Under the pieces are notes generated by a model. It made no database searches and had not been told where the DNA came from. It worked only from the letters and a program-made list of their open reading frames with translations. The position numbers were made by a program, and so were the translations under genes. Of a stretch of DNA of 37,824 nt, positions 1-10,079 are shown one piece after another (position 1 is the first letter of the stretch; each line of letters starts with the position of its first letter). Source of the stretch: Deltaproteobacteria bacterium (GTDB lineage: Bacteria > Desulfobacterota > Desulfobacteria > Desulfobacterales > JAABPS01); NCBI GenBank assembly GCA_019309685.1, contig JAFDFT010000004.1, forward strand, positions 1-37,824, written 5' to 3'.

Positions 1-1330
1 CGATAGTGTTTTCCTCCAAAACAAATTCTTGAACAATTGGGTGAAAAAATCTTTTGTTATTATTCAAAAAATTTAGTGTCTCCATAGCCTCTTGTCTTGT
101 TTCAGTTGGAAATCCAAACATCGCTGTAAACTCACCCTTTAAGCCTGCCTTTTTAAAAAATTTGACAATTTCGAGAATATAATCGGGTTTCTGCATTTTT
201 CTCATCAATTCTAGAACCCTTGGGGAGAATGACTCTAAGCCAAAGCGAACATATTTACACCCCGCCTTTCTCAATAATCTCGGGATCGATGGGTCTGTAA
301 AAGCTCTATCAAGACAAGCCAAAGTACTCCATGAAATTTTCAGGTTTTCTTTTATTACTTTTTCAGAAAATCTTTTTAGGAATATTGGCGAAAAGGAATC
401 ATCTAGAAAACTAAAACTTCTAATGTTATGTTTTTTGATTAACGTTTTCATTATCTTTAAGATATCATCCGGGTCTAGAAGGACGTACCCTTTATTCATC
501 AGGCGATAAGTACAAAAAGCACATTTGCCCCAATAGCAACCCAAAGATACCCTTAGAGGAAGAGAAACACATGCGTAGTCCTTTAGAATCGACTCATCAA
601 AATAGGGTATAACCTTTAAATATTCTATACCGCTCTCAAAAGATCTTTTGCTTCTTTTATACCCTCTATCGGTCTTATAATATAAATTGGGGACGCTATC
701 GAAGTCTTTTAAACTCTCAAGAGTTTTGATTAATTTAAATAAAGGTTCTTCTCCATGCCCAACGACGAAATAATCTACGATCTTTGTTAAAAATTTATTG
801 TTTAGAAAATAACTAATGTTTTTTGTAATAATGGGACCGCCAAATACAGTCACAATTTTTCTATTAAATGATTTAATAATCTTAGCAATGTGAAAAGCAT
901 TATATAAATGGCCGTGGGACATGATAGAAAAACCAACCAAGTCAGGTTGTTCTTTATTGATAAGTGATCTTATAGAAAAATCCATCTCTGATTCTGAATC
1001 GACCTTTGTGTTACAATCATACTCTATTATCTCTTTAATGCCTTTTAGTGGACTTTGTGTTATTTTATAATTTTCACTTTCAGGATAAAATTTATGATAT
1101 AGTTTCAGGAGGTATCCCCTAATCCCTAATAAGTTTGCCAATCTTTTTACTAAACGAAAATAGTAAGGACTTTTCTTGTCGAAATATATATTCTTAATAT
1201 TTTTATACCCATTACTATTTAAAAATCCTATTAACGTTGCTATACCTAAAGAAATCTTAGGATAACTGTACTTCTTATTAAGTTCTCCATCAGAAGGGTA
1301 TAGTAGTAATGTCTTTAATTTTATATCCAT
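1..1330 (-). CDS. B12-binding domain radical SAM protein (3' end runs off the window)
   Basis: Not in the ORF track. Manual translation from ATG 1330 (MDIKIKTLLLYPS...) is open to position 1. B12-domain motifs PDLVGFSIM, VFGGP and VVGHGEE; radical SAM motif SLGCYWGKCAFC; also FLDD, FGLES and MFGFPTET. Confidence 0.9.
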   Translation of the reverse strand, partial: MDIKLKTLLLYPSDGELNKKYSYPKISLGIATLIGFLNSNGYKNIKNIYFDKKSPYYFRLVKRLANLLGIRGYLLKLYHKFYPESENYKITQSPLKGIKEIIEYDCNTKVDSESEMDFSIRSLINKEQPDLVGFSIMSHGHLYNAFHIAKIIKSFNRKIVTVFGGPIITKNISYFLNNKFLTKIVDYFVVGHGEEPLFKLIKTLESLKDFDSVPNLYYKTDRGYKRSKRSFESGIEYLKVIPYFDESILKDYACVSLPLRVSLGCYWGKCAFCTYRLMNKGYVLLDPDDILKIMKTLIKKHNIRSFSFLDDSFSPIFLKRFSEKVIKENLKISWSTLACLDRAFTDPSIPRLLRKAGCKYVRFGLESFSPRVLELMRKMQKPDYILEIVKFFKKAGLKGEFTAMFGFPTETRQEAMETLNFLNNNKRFFHPIVQEFVLEENTI

Positions 1331-1455
1331 ATCATATCTGCTGAGAGTTTGCCCTCAGCTATGTCCCCCAGCTGTCGCCACAAGGTAAATTTAGCCAATA
1401 AATGGATTGGCCACAAACGGTTACATATTTGCCATATTAATCCAAGCTTTCAAAC

Positions 1456-2220
1456 TCATTCCATAGAATATTTTTTAGGATATAGAAAAGATTTACCAAT
1501 GATTTTCCCACGCCAAACAGCACCCATAGATTTAAATCCAAGCTTATCGGCCACTACTTTCTGCGATGGAATATTATCAAATGCAATTGAACAAAACGCT
1601 CTTCTTATCCCTTTCGACTTCATTGCTTCTAATCTTTTTATAAGCATTGCTGTTTGTATGCCTCTGTTCCGAAATTCTTTTACTGTATAAACATCAAATA
1701 AAGAAGCTTCGTATGGTTTTAACTGTACCATCGGATTTGTTTCATATTCTATCCAACCGTGGTAGATTATCTTGTTGTTCAACTGACAGATATGGCCCGT
1801 TCTTCCGGTTTGGATACGCTTTTGAAACCGCTTTCTTGTCAGGGGGCCAAAATCCCTTTCAATTAACTTTAAATGTTTTGGATTCAATAATTCAAAGAAT
1901 ATGTCATTAACTCGTATATCAGAGGGTATTAACTCATCAAGATTTTTGCAAAAAATAATATATTTATTAAGATAAAAAATCTTAGAGAAAGCTTTTTTAA
2001 CGGCATAAAGGAGTCCTTCTTTATAGCCCTCTAATTTCAACCTTGCTCTCAGCTCAAATAAAACATCTTTTAAATACAAAAACATATTTATACTACCTTT
2101 AGTTTTACGATCTTTTATTTCTTGTTCAGAGTCATCATCAGAAACTGAGACATTTATTTTTCTTGCTGGTTCTTTAGTAAAAGAAACACCCGCTATTAAA
2201 AGATCTGAGGGATGCTCCAT
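1456..2220 (-). CDS. GNAT family N-acetyltransferase (true start may be ATG 2085)
   Basis: Acetyl-CoA motif VYTVKEFRNRGIQTAML and DNIPSQKV..KLGF. An SD-like AAAGG precedes the internal MFLYL start. Confidence 0.8.
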   Translation of the reverse strand: MEHPSDLLIAGVSFTKEPARKINVSVSDDDSEQEIKDRKTKGSINMFLYLKDVLFELRARLKLEGYKEGLLYAVKKAFSKIFYLNKYIIFCKNLDELIPSDIRVNDIFFELLNPKHLKLIERDFGPLTRKRFQKRIQTGRTGHICQLNNKIIYHGWIEYETNPMVQLKPYEASLFDVYTVKEFRNRGIQTAMLIKRLEAMKSKGIRRAFCSIAFDNIPSQKVVADKLGFKSMGAVWRGKIIGKSFLYPKKYSME

Positions 2221-2269
2221 ATATTATGTATCAATCAATTTTAAATTTTGTTTAACAGCATCCAACTCC

Positions 2270-3424
2270 TTAATTTAAATATGCAGCGTTGGTTTCTGCA
2301 ATTCGATCAATATCAGTTTTAGACATAGTATGAAAAAATGGAAGATAAACGATATTTAAATATTTCTTTTGCATTTCCAGGTGCTTAACATCTGTGCAAT
2401 GAATGTTTTTTAAAGGCCCAAAGTCATGGTAGCCTTTTGTCGCGTCAATTTTATGTTTTTGTAAAAATTTAATTAGCGCTGAAGAATTCTTTGAAATTAC
2501 AGGGAAGCACCAAAAAGTATGGTGATTTGACTTATAACCGATACGGTTTTCTAAAGGAATTTTATCCAGAAAATATCGACCCAGTTTAGTTCTTTTCTGA
2601 ATTACACTATAATCGAATTTTTTTGTTCTATATTTCAATAAATACAATAAAGACCTTGAAGGTTTTTTTCTTATCCTTACAAATAAGTCTTTGTGATCTC
2701 TTTTAAAGTTATATAACAACCGATCAAAATCTATCCTCAAATACTGTAATAGAGGATAAAAAATTGAATAAATGAAATTGCATTGAAGAAGTTTAATAAA
2801 AACAAATTTATTTATTTTGAAAAAATATTTCAAATTAGATTGAGATGGATAATTGCTTTGAATATCTTTCATCTTTGTCAAAATTTCTCTGTCTTTAACT
2901 GATAAAACCGCACCCCCGAGGCATGTTGCTGTTTTTTTGGGCCCAAAACTATATAAAGATATATCTGAACCTTCATAACCTGAAATGTCTCCATCAAATA
3001 CCTGTGCTGAATCTTCAATTAAATACAGATTATTTTTTTGGCAAATTTTATAAACATCATTTAACTCCATCCTGCTTCCAAATAAATGAGCAATTAGGAT
3101 AGCTTTGGTTTTTTTTGTTATTTCCTGTTCAATATCATTGCTATCAACATGTAAATTATCAAAATCAATTGAAACCGGTTTTGGTCTTAATCCATGCTTT
3201 TCGATAAGTTCAAACATTTCATATATATTTATTCCTGAAACAATAATTTCACTCCCCTTCTTTAAATTCAGGGAACTTAAAAATAAGTCAAGTCCTGTTC
3301 TTACTGAAAGGCAAAACAAATGATCTCCCTCTAGTAAATCATGTTTCTTTTTAAAATTTAAACAATGGATAAGTGCAATGAAAAGCTCTTTAAATCCAAT
3401 ATCAATTTTTCTTCTAATAATCAT
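2270..3424 (-). CDS. DegT/DnrJ/EryC1/StrS family PLP-dependent aminotransferase
   Basis: AHLFG, LIEDSAQ and the PLP-lysine motif SFGPKKTATCLGG. Confidence 0.88.
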   Translation of the reverse strand: MIIRRKIDIGFKELFIALIHCLNFKKKHDLLEGDHLFCLSVRTGLDLFLSSLNLKKGSEIIVSGINIYEMFELIEKHGLRPKPVSIDFDNLHVDSNDIEQEITKKTKAILIAHLFGSRMELNDVYKICQKNNLYLIEDSAQVFDGDISGYEGSDISLYSFGPKKTATCLGGAVLSVKDREILTKMKDIQSNYPSQSNLKYFFKINKFVFIKLLQCNFIYSIFYPLLQYLRIDFDRLLYNFKRDHKDLFVRIRKKPSRSLLYLLKYRTKKFDYSVIQKRTKLGRYFLDKIPLENRIGYKSNHHTFWCFPVISKNSSALIKFLQKHKIDATKGYHDFGPLKNIHCTDVKHLEMQKKYLNIVYLPFFHTMSKTDIDRIAETNAAYLN

Positions 3425-3459
3425 TTTCTTAATCGTAAAACCATCATATTGATTTCATA

Positions 3460-3966
3460 TTAATTAGAAATATCATACTCGTCACAGGTGCAGGATTTAC
3501 TTGTTGCCTCATCATAGCATTTTAGCTTCCCGCTATCTTCATCACAGCCAACTATGCCCCCGTGATTGGTGCAGCATTCTATTTTCTCGAGAGTATCAAT
3601 CTCCCATTGAATGTGATGTGTGCTTTTTACCTCCAGAGGATCGGACTCATTTCCAATATGAATCGGCGCGTCAAATTCAACACTGTCATCATTTTCCGTC
3701 AGTGTTACTTTTATATGTGCTTTTGCCAGGACTTCGTTAAAAATATTATAAAAGAATATCGTCGCTTTTAAATTTTTATCTTCCTCAACATAATATGTCA
3801 GATCTCCAGCAATATATAGAGAATCTTCCCCTTTTATTTCAAAACTATTATACTGGATATCATCATTAATATAACCGTTTCCAGGATAAACAATCTCTGG
3901 CACTGAATACGACAAAAAAGCCAGAACAAGAGGGATCCAAAACAATAGTTTAATTTTCAACCGCAT
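3460..3966 (-). CDS. Secreted hypothetical protein with a C-terminal Cys-rich domain
   Basis: Signal-peptide-like N-terminus, GAGG SD, and tail CCTNHGGIVGC..LKCYD..SKSCTC. Confidence 0.7.
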   Translation of the reverse strand: MRLKIKLLFWIPLVLAFLSYSVPEIVYPGNGYINDDIQYNSFEIKGEDSLYIAGDLTYYVEEDKNLKATIFFYNIFNEVLAKAHIKVTLTENDDSVEFDAPIHIGNESDPLEVKSTHHIQWEIDTLEKIECCTNHGGIVGCDEDSGKLKCYDEATSKSCTCDEYDISN

Positions 3967-3998
3967 AACCTCTATGTTTAATTGTTCTGAAACATAAG

Positions 3999-4706
3999 CT
4001 AAAGGCCCAGGTACGCCTTTTTTACGTCGTCATTTAAAAGAAGTTTTTTGGCGGAATCTGTCAGTGATATTCTCCCGTTTTCCATCACGTAACCTCTATC
4101 CGCTACTTTCAAAGCCAGATTCGCGTTCTGTTCCACAAGAAAAATGGTCGTTTTGTGCTCTTTGTTTATCTTTCGGATGATCCCAAATATCTGCTTTACG
4201 ATAAGCGGTGCAAGACCCAGCGAGGGTTCATCCAGCAAAAGCAGCCGGGGTCTTGCCATAAGTGCCCTGGATATGGCCAGCATCTGCTGTTCTCCTCCGC
4301 TTAACGTCCCGCCTGTCTGATGTTGTCTTTCAGCAAGAATTGGAAAAAGATCAAAAATATATTCCATATCTTCTTTGATATCTTTCCTGTCGGTTCTCAA
4401 AAAGGCTCCCATATCAAGATTTTCCAGAACGGATAAATACGGAAATATCCGGCGCCCCTCAGGCACCTGGCTGATGCCAAGTGAAACGATTTTTTCCGGA
4501 GACATTTCATGAATAGGTTTGTCCTCAAAAACAACTTCGCCGGACCTCGGCGGAACGATCCCGGAAATTGACATAAGCGTTGTGCTTTTCCCGGCGCCAT
4601 TGGCGCCAATGAGCGTAACAATTTCTCCTTCAGAAACCTCGATATTGATGCCCTTTAATATTTGGATGTTCCCATAAAAGGTTTTGATGTTTCTGAGTTT
4701 AAGCAT
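3999..4706 (-). CDS. livF: Branched-chain amino acid ABC transporter ATP-binding protein
   Basis: GANGAGKST, VPEGRRIF, LSGGEQQM, LLLDEPSLG, LVEQNA. ATG 4706 overlaps the livG stop. Confidence 0.95.
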   Translation of the reverse strand: MLKLRNIKTFYGNIQILKGINIEVSEGEIVTLIGANGAGKSTTLMSISGIVPPRSGEVVFEDKPIHEMSPEKIVSLGISQVPEGRRIFPYLSVLENLDMGAFLRTDRKDIKEDMEYIFDLFPILAERQHQTGGTLSGGEQQMLAISRALMARPRLLLLDEPSLGLAPLIVKQIFGIIRKINKEHKTTIFLVEQNANLALKVADRGYVMENGRISLTDSAKKLLLNDDVKKAYLGL

Positions 4707-5487
4707 CGATGTCCTCTCCGAGATAGGCTTTGATGACAACAGGATTATTTTTTATTTCTTCTGTGGTACCTTCCGCAATTTTCTTTCCGTAGTCCATTAC
4801 GACAATATGGTCTGACAGGCTCATGACCACCCGCATATCATGTTCAATCAGCAGGATGGATATCTTCTCCTCATCCCTTATCCTCAATATAAGCTCATTC
4901 AGATCTTTTGTTTCCTGTATATTCATACCCGCAGCCGGTTCATCCAGAAGAAGGAGGAAAGGTTCCGTTGCCATGGCCCGCGCGATCTCAAGACGCCGCT
5001 GAGCGCCGTATGGAAGATTCATGGCAATTTCGTTCACATATTCTGACAGGCCTATTTTTTTTAAGATCTTAAAGCTATCCTCAACCACCTGCTCTTCTTC
5101 TTTCACTGTCGCTTTGCCTCTGAAAATGGCGCCGACAATTCCAGAGGACATTCGGCAATGCCGCCCGATCATCACATTTTCCAGAACTGTCATATTTTGA
5201 AAGAGACGAATATTTTGAAATGTCCTGGCAAGCCCAATTTCAGTAATTTTGTTAGGTTTTAACCTATTTGCTCTTTTACTCTTTTTCTTGGGAGGAAATA
5301 GTATTATTTCACCTCCGGTGGGTGGAAATATCCCGGTAATACAATTAAAGAAAGTGGTTTTCCCCGCACCATTTGGCCCAATTAGAGCAACAATTTCTTC
5401 TTCCCTCACTTGAATATCCAAATGGTCCAGCGCTCGCAATCCTCCAAAATTCATGATCAGGTTTTTCACTTTCAGGATGGTTTTCAT
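4699..5487 (-). CDS. livG: Branched-chain amino acid ABC transporter ATP-binding protein
   Basis: GPNGAGKTT, RTFQNIRLF, LPYGAQRRLEIARA, IEHDM, AYLG. Confidence 0.95.
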   Translation of the reverse strand: MKTILKVKNLIMNFGGLRALDHLDIQVREEEIVALIGPNGAGKTTFFNCITGIFPPTGGEIILFPPKKKSKRANRLKPNKITEIGLARTFQNIRLFQNMTVLENVMIGRHCRMSSGIVGAIFRGKATVKEEEQVVEDSFKILKKIGLSEYVNEIAMNLPYGAQRRLEIARAMATEPFLLLLDEPAAGMNIQETKDLNELILRIRDEEKISILLIEHDMRVVMSLSDHIVVMDYGKKIAEGTTEEIKNNPVVIKAYLGEDIDA

Positions 5488-6716
5488 TTTTTTGTTTTCC
5501 CGCCCAATACCATTGAACCTTGATGCTTAAATCGATGTCGGATATCCGGAACAATCCCCTGGGGACGAAAGACCATCATAATAACAAGAACCGCTCCAAA
5601 TGTTACCATCCGGTACTCAGAAAATGCTCTTAGGTATTCAGGCAATAGGATCAAAATAAACGCGCCAAAGATAACGCCTATGATGGACCCCATACCGCCC
5701 AAAACCACAATGCAAAGGATGGTAATTGATTCCCATACTGTAAAGCTCGCGGGGTTTATAAACGTCGTCTTGGCCGCAAAAATCACACCTACCATGCCCG
5801 CCCATGTTGCGCCCAATGCAAAAGCAGTCAGTTTTGTTTTTGTCCTATCGATTCCCATAGCCTGACAGGCGACCTCGTCCTCCCTCAAAGCAACCCACGC
5901 TCTGCCGATTCTCGAGTTTCGAAGCCTGTTTACAATAAAAATGGTAAACAGCGTCAGGCAAATCATAAAGAAATACATGAAAATGATGGAGCCCTGCAGG
6001 GAAAATTCTATTCCAAAAAAGCCCGGCCTGGGAATATTGGCAATTCCGCTGGGACCAAATGAAAATTCATTCCAGTTCTCCATAATAATCCGAATGATTT
6101 CACCGAATCCAAGCGTTACAATGGCAAGGTAGTCTCCCCTCATACGGAGAACAGGAAAACCAAGCAGTATGCCGAATAACGCGCCAATAAACGCTCCGAT
6201 AGGTAACGCCAGCCAAAAGCTTAAACCAAAATGGTAATTCAAAAGCGCATAACTGTACGCGCCCACCAGATAAAATGCCACATATCCTAAATCCAAAAGC
6301 CCAGCCAAACCAACGACAATATTTAGACCCAGCCCCAGCACAACATACATCAGCGCAGTGGTCATAATGTTAACTTGATAAATGTTAAAAATAAACGGAA
6401 ACGTAGCAGCAAAAAGTGTAAAGGCAAATAGTATGGGATAATACATTTTGGGCTCGTTCATTATCTGCTGCATTAAGGAAATTTTATCTAATCCACCGGC
6501 TTCAATCGTCTTTCGCCCGGATGCCATCTGCCTGAAAAGAAATCGCCAAGCAAAAGAGAGAAAAAAAACAGAAATACCCACAAAAAACATGTTTTGCCAG
6601 CGCCATTCAATCTCCTTTTGCACTGTATTGACACGGATTACCATGATGGGAAATGTTAAAAACATAAACCAAAGTGATGCCAGAAAAGACTTTTTTATTT
6701 CATTGAGTTTATTCAT
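5484..6716 (-). CDS. livM: Branched-chain amino acid ABC transporter permease
   Basis: GLNIVVGLAGLLDLGYVAF, GDYLAIVTLGFGEI, ALREDEVA, VVLGGMGS. Confidence 0.95.
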   Translation of the reverse strand: MNKLNEIKKSFLASLWFMFLTFPIMVIRVNTVQKEIEWRWQNMFFVGISVFFLSFAWRFLFRQMASGRKTIEAGGLDKISLMQQIMNEPKMYYPILFAFTLFAATFPFIFNIYQVNIMTTALMYVVLGLGLNIVVGLAGLLDLGYVAFYLVGAYSYALLNYHFGLSFWLALPIGAFIGALFGILLGFPVLRMRGDYLAIVTLGFGEIIRIIMENWNEFSFGPSGIANIPRPGFFGIEFSLQGSIIFMYFFMICLTLFTIFIVNRLRNSRIGRAWVALREDEVACQAMGIDRTKTKLTAFALGATWAGMVGVIFAAKTTFINPASFTVWESITILCIVVLGGMGSIIGVIFGAFILILLPEYLRAFSEYRMVTFGAVLVIMMVFRPQGIVPDIRHRFKHQGSMVLGGKTKK

Positions 6717-6737
6717 TTCTTCATCTGATAAAAAATA

Positions 6738-7640
6738 TTAGACCGCCCGCGACTCTGACCTCCCCAGAATGCCAGAAGGTTTAAATATAAGAATAAGGAC
6801 CAGAAAGATAAACGCGAAAACATCTTCATAGTCACTGGAAACATATCCTGTCGCAAAACTCTCCGTCCAACCAAGAATAAGGCTGCCAAGTACAGCGCCG
6901 GGGATGCTGCCGATCCCGCCAAGCACAGCCGCAACAAAAGCTTTTATCCCTGCAATAAATCCAATATAAAAATTAATCTGTCCCACATGCGAGGCAATGA
7001 GAACTCCTCCCAGCGCTGCTGTTGCGGATCCGATAATAAACGTAACAGATATAACTCTATTGACATCAACTCCTACCAGCATTGCCATCTCCCTATCTTG
7101 AGAAGTTGCGCGCATCGCCTTTCCCATCTTTGTAAATTTGATGATAAATGTAAGCACTATCATTACAGCCGTTGTAGTGACAAGAATAGCGATCTCATTT
7201 GAACGGATAATGTGCGAATAGGGCTCGATAAACTTTAATTCAGGAATAAGGTTAGGAAAAGATAAAAAATCAGACGTCTGGGCCAGGAGGACATAGTTTG
7301 ATAGAAACATTGACATGCCGATTGCGCTAATCAGAGCTGAAAGACGCGGAGCATGCCGAAGCGGTTTATAAGCGATTTTTTCTACTGTGAAACCATAGGC
7401 GGAAGCATAAATTACTGCCGCGATAGACGCCAATACAAGTATTGAAATCGTGTTCAAACCCAGCATTGTCAAAACACTTGCAACGATTAGAGCTGTAAAA
7501 GCGCCAATCATATAGATTTCACCGTGGGCAAAATTGATCAGCTGAATGATACCATAAACCATTGTATAGCCGAGAGCAATGAGTGCATAGATACTGCCGC
7601 GTGTAAGCCCGCCCAGAAAAATTTCAAGAAAATATTCCAT
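6738..7640 (-). CDS. livH: Branched-chain amino acid ABC transporter permease
   Basis: YALIALGYTMVYG, INFAHGE, GKAMRA, KAFVAAVLGGIGSIPGA. Confidence 0.95.
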   Translation of the reverse strand: MEYFLEIFLGGLTRGSIYALIALGYTMVYGIIQLINFAHGEIYMIGAFTALIVASVLTMLGLNTISILVLASIAAVIYASAYGFTVEKIAYKPLRHAPRLSALISAIGMSMFLSNYVLLAQTSDFLSFPNLIPELKFIEPYSHIIRSNEIAILVTTTAVMIVLTFIIKFTKMGKAMRATSQDREMAMLVGVDVNRVISVTFIIGSATAALGGVLIASHVGQINFYIGFIAGIKAFVAAVLGGIGSIPGAVLGSLILGWTESFATGYVSSDYEDVFAFIFLVLILIFKPSGILGRSESRAV

Positions 7641-7747
7641 AGGAGTTTAGTCTCTTTGTTTTCCAGCCGTATGGCAATACACAATACAGCTTTCTTATTA
7701 CAGGAATTGGATAATAAATGAAGATTCGAAAAAGATGGTTTAAAGAA

Positions 7748-7782
7748 ATCAGGGGCCAGGCAACGGCCACCTGTCCCCTGAT
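7748..7782 (-). terminator. Hairpin between livK and livH (partial terminator or mRNA stabiliser)
   Basis: Minus strand reads CAGGGGACAGG-tggccgttg-CCTGGCCCCTG followed by ATTTCTTT. Confidence 0.6.
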
Positions 7783-7801
7783 AAAACTTGCAACGGCAAA
7801 T

Positions 7802-8938
7802 CTATTTAATTTCTACATAAACGCTTTTTTGCACCTGGTACATTGCAAAGCCAACACCTATGGCATCTCCACGCTCATCAAACTTGATTTTACCATCAAG
7901 CTCTGTTCGCAGCGCTTTTGAAACTGCCTCATAATCCGTGGAACCTGCTTTTTCTATAGCATTGAGAAGTGCAAGTGTCGCGGAGTAGGCTTCAAGAAAA
8001 AATGCACCGGGATCTTTTCCATATACTTTTTTATGCGCCTCTACAGCTGCAATAGCTAAAGGATTTGTGGATATATCTTTAGGGCCGGTGGCGTAAACAC
8101 CTTCAGCGTATTCGCCCGCGACTTTGATAAATGTATCATCCCTTACCCCATCATCTGAAATAAACGGAATATCTATATTTTTCTTGCGCATCTGCATAAC
8201 TATCTTAGATGCTTCAGGATGATATCCACCGAATATAACGGCTTGCGCTCCTGAACGTTTTATTTTCTGAACAACTGCTGTATAATCAACCGCATTCGGA
8301 GTAACGCCCTCATATAAAACCACTTCCGCTTTATCCGATTCTTCTAAAAACTGCTTTACATACTCGGCCAGGCCCTTACCGTAATCTCCCTTATCATGCA
8401 GCACGGCAATTTTAGTCACTTTCAGCTCTTTTAAAGTAAAATCAACTTCAAGCCTTGCCTGTGAGTCATCTGACGCGATGGTCCTGAAAAAGTTGGGGTA
8501 ATTGCCGCTTTGGGTTAACGAGGGGTTGGTAGCTGATGGGGACATGCAAATAATATTTGAATCTTTATAAATACCAAGTGCCGCCTTTGTTGCTCCGCTG
8601 CAAATATGGCCCAATACCACATGAACTTGCTGGGATATTAATTTGGTTGCAGTATTTGTAGCTAATTCCGGCTTGCAGGCATCATCTTCAATGAACAGCT
8701 CTATTTTTCTACCAAGAACACCCCCCTTGGCGTTAATTTCCTCAACAACCAGTTTAGCGGCATTTATACTTGGAATTCCATAACTCGCAAGATCGCCGCT
8801 ATGTGCCCCCGCAACACCTAACTTTATCGGCCCCGTTGCTTCTTCTTTCTTTTCACAGGAAAAAAGAAAAAAACCGGACAAACAAAATATCAGGATTATC
8901 AAAAACAGGTTTTTAAAATGCTTTTTGCGCATGATCAT
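7802..8938 (-). CDS. livK: Branched-chain amino acid ABC transporter substrate-binding lipoprotein
   Basis: Lipobox-like FLFSC; INAKGGVLG, EDDACKP, GHICSGA, SPSATNP, HDKGDYGKGLA, FGGYHPEA. Confidence 0.93.
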   Translation of the reverse strand: MIMRKKHFKNLFLIILIFCLSGFFLFSCEKKEEATGPIKLGVAGAHSGDLASYGIPSINAAKLVVEEINAKGGVLGRKIELFIEDDACKPELATNTATKLISQQVHVVLGHICSGATKAALGIYKDSNIICMSPSATNPSLTQSGNYPNFFRTIASDDSQARLEVDFTLKELKVTKIAVLHDKGDYGKGLAEYVKQFLEESDKAEVVLYEGVTPNAVDYTAVVQKIKRSGAQAVIFGGYHPEASKIVMQMRKKNIDIPFISDDGVRDDTFIKVAGEYAEGVYATGPKDISTNPLAIAAVEAHKKVYGKDPGAFFLEAYSATLALLNAIEKAGSTDYEAVSKALRTELDGKIKFDERGDAIGVGFAMYQVQKSVYVEIK

Positions 8939-8981
8939 TGCCTCCCTTAAATTTTATTTTAGATAATATTTTGTAATATCT

Positions 8982-9011
8982 ATAATAATATAAAAATACG
9001 AGTCAAGTCAA
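8982..9011 (-). promoter_or_regulatory. Putative sigma70 promoter of the liv operon
   Basis: TTGACT-18 nt-TATTAT on the minus strand. The AT-rich context makes this weak. Confidence 0.4.
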
Positions 9012-9106
9012 AACAGATGATTCTCCTTTACAGAACAAAGTCGTTTTACTCAACATGCAGCAAATAGGAAGAAAAGTCATGAATCACTTAATATTTAAGA
9101 AAAAAC

Positions 9107-9135
9107 TTGCCGTTTCAGCTTTATATTTATAATAT
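9107..9135 (+). promoter_or_regulatory. Putative sigma70 promoter of nadK
   Basis: TTGCCG-17 nt-TAATAT, overlapping a TATAAT at 9128. Confidence 0.4.
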
Positions 9136-9220
9136 TAATTATATATCAGCAAACTGCTTGATACAACGGAAACTACAGATTTAACCTTTAAAACTCTGCA
9201 AAGAAAGGATCAACGTTGCC

Positions 9221-10072
9221 TTGGAAAAAATTGGAATCATTGTAAAAGCAGATAAAAATGCAAACAAAAAAGCCGATGAGTTGGAAAAATGGCTCCAATC
9301 AAAAGGAATTGGTGTCGTAAGGGAGGAAAGTGCGCCGCCAAACAAAAAACTCCCAAGTCATCCTGGTTCAGCGCCATCAGATTTGTCATGCATTTTTGTT
9401 TTGGGAGGAGATGGCACCTTTTTGGCTGCTGTTCGCTGGGTAGGAGATATGGACATCCCCATCGTAGGCGTTAAATTTGGAGAAGTCGGTTTCCTTGCTG
9501 AAACCACTGAAGAAAACCTTTTTCAGGTAGCACAAAAGATTTTAAAAAACGAATTTACTACCGAACCAAGGATGCGGCTTTTGATAAAAATTATTCGAGA
9601 TAAAAAAGAAGCTGTCTCTGAAACGGTATTAAATGACGTGGTGATAAATAAAGGAGCTTTGGCCAGGCTTGCGCATATTAAGACCTATGTGGATGACACA
9701 TTTTTGACAACGTATAATGCGGATGGACTCATCGTCTCAACTCCTACGGGCTCCACTGCGTATTCTCTCTCGGCTGGCGGTCCGATTGTACATCCGGCTG
9801 TTCGGGGTATTATTATGACACCGATTTGCCCCTTTACATTAACCAATCGGCCATTAATCATTCCTGATACCGCTTCCATAAAAATCAGGCTTGAAAAAAA
9901 ATCTTCGGATATCATGTTGACATTTGATGGGCAATCTGGACTGGCGATAACTGAAAAAGATACAATTATCATCCAGAAGGGGTCTCATCCGGTAAATCTG
10001 ATCACCTTCCCGGATCAGCAGTATTTTGATGTATTAAAAGCAAAACTGAGATGGAGTGGGAGTCACGTATAG
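9221..10072 (+). CDS. nadK: NAD(+) kinase
   Basis: [47 protein letters not shown] start. Confidence 0.96.
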   Translation: MEKIGIIVKADKNANKKADELEKWLQSKGIGVVREESAPPNKKLPSHPGSAPSDLSCIFVLGGDGTFLAAVRWVGDMDIPIVGVKFGEVGFLAETTEENLFQVAQKILKNEFTTEPRMRLLIKIIRDKKEAVSETVLNDVVINKGALARLAHIKTYVDDTFLTTYNADGLIVSTPTGSTAYSLSAGGPIVHPAVRGIIMTPICPFTLTNRPLIIPDTASIKIRLEKKSSDIMLTFDGQSGLAITEKDTIIIQKGSHPVNLITFPDQQYFDVLKAKLRWSGSHV

Positions 10073-10079
10073 GCATTTA

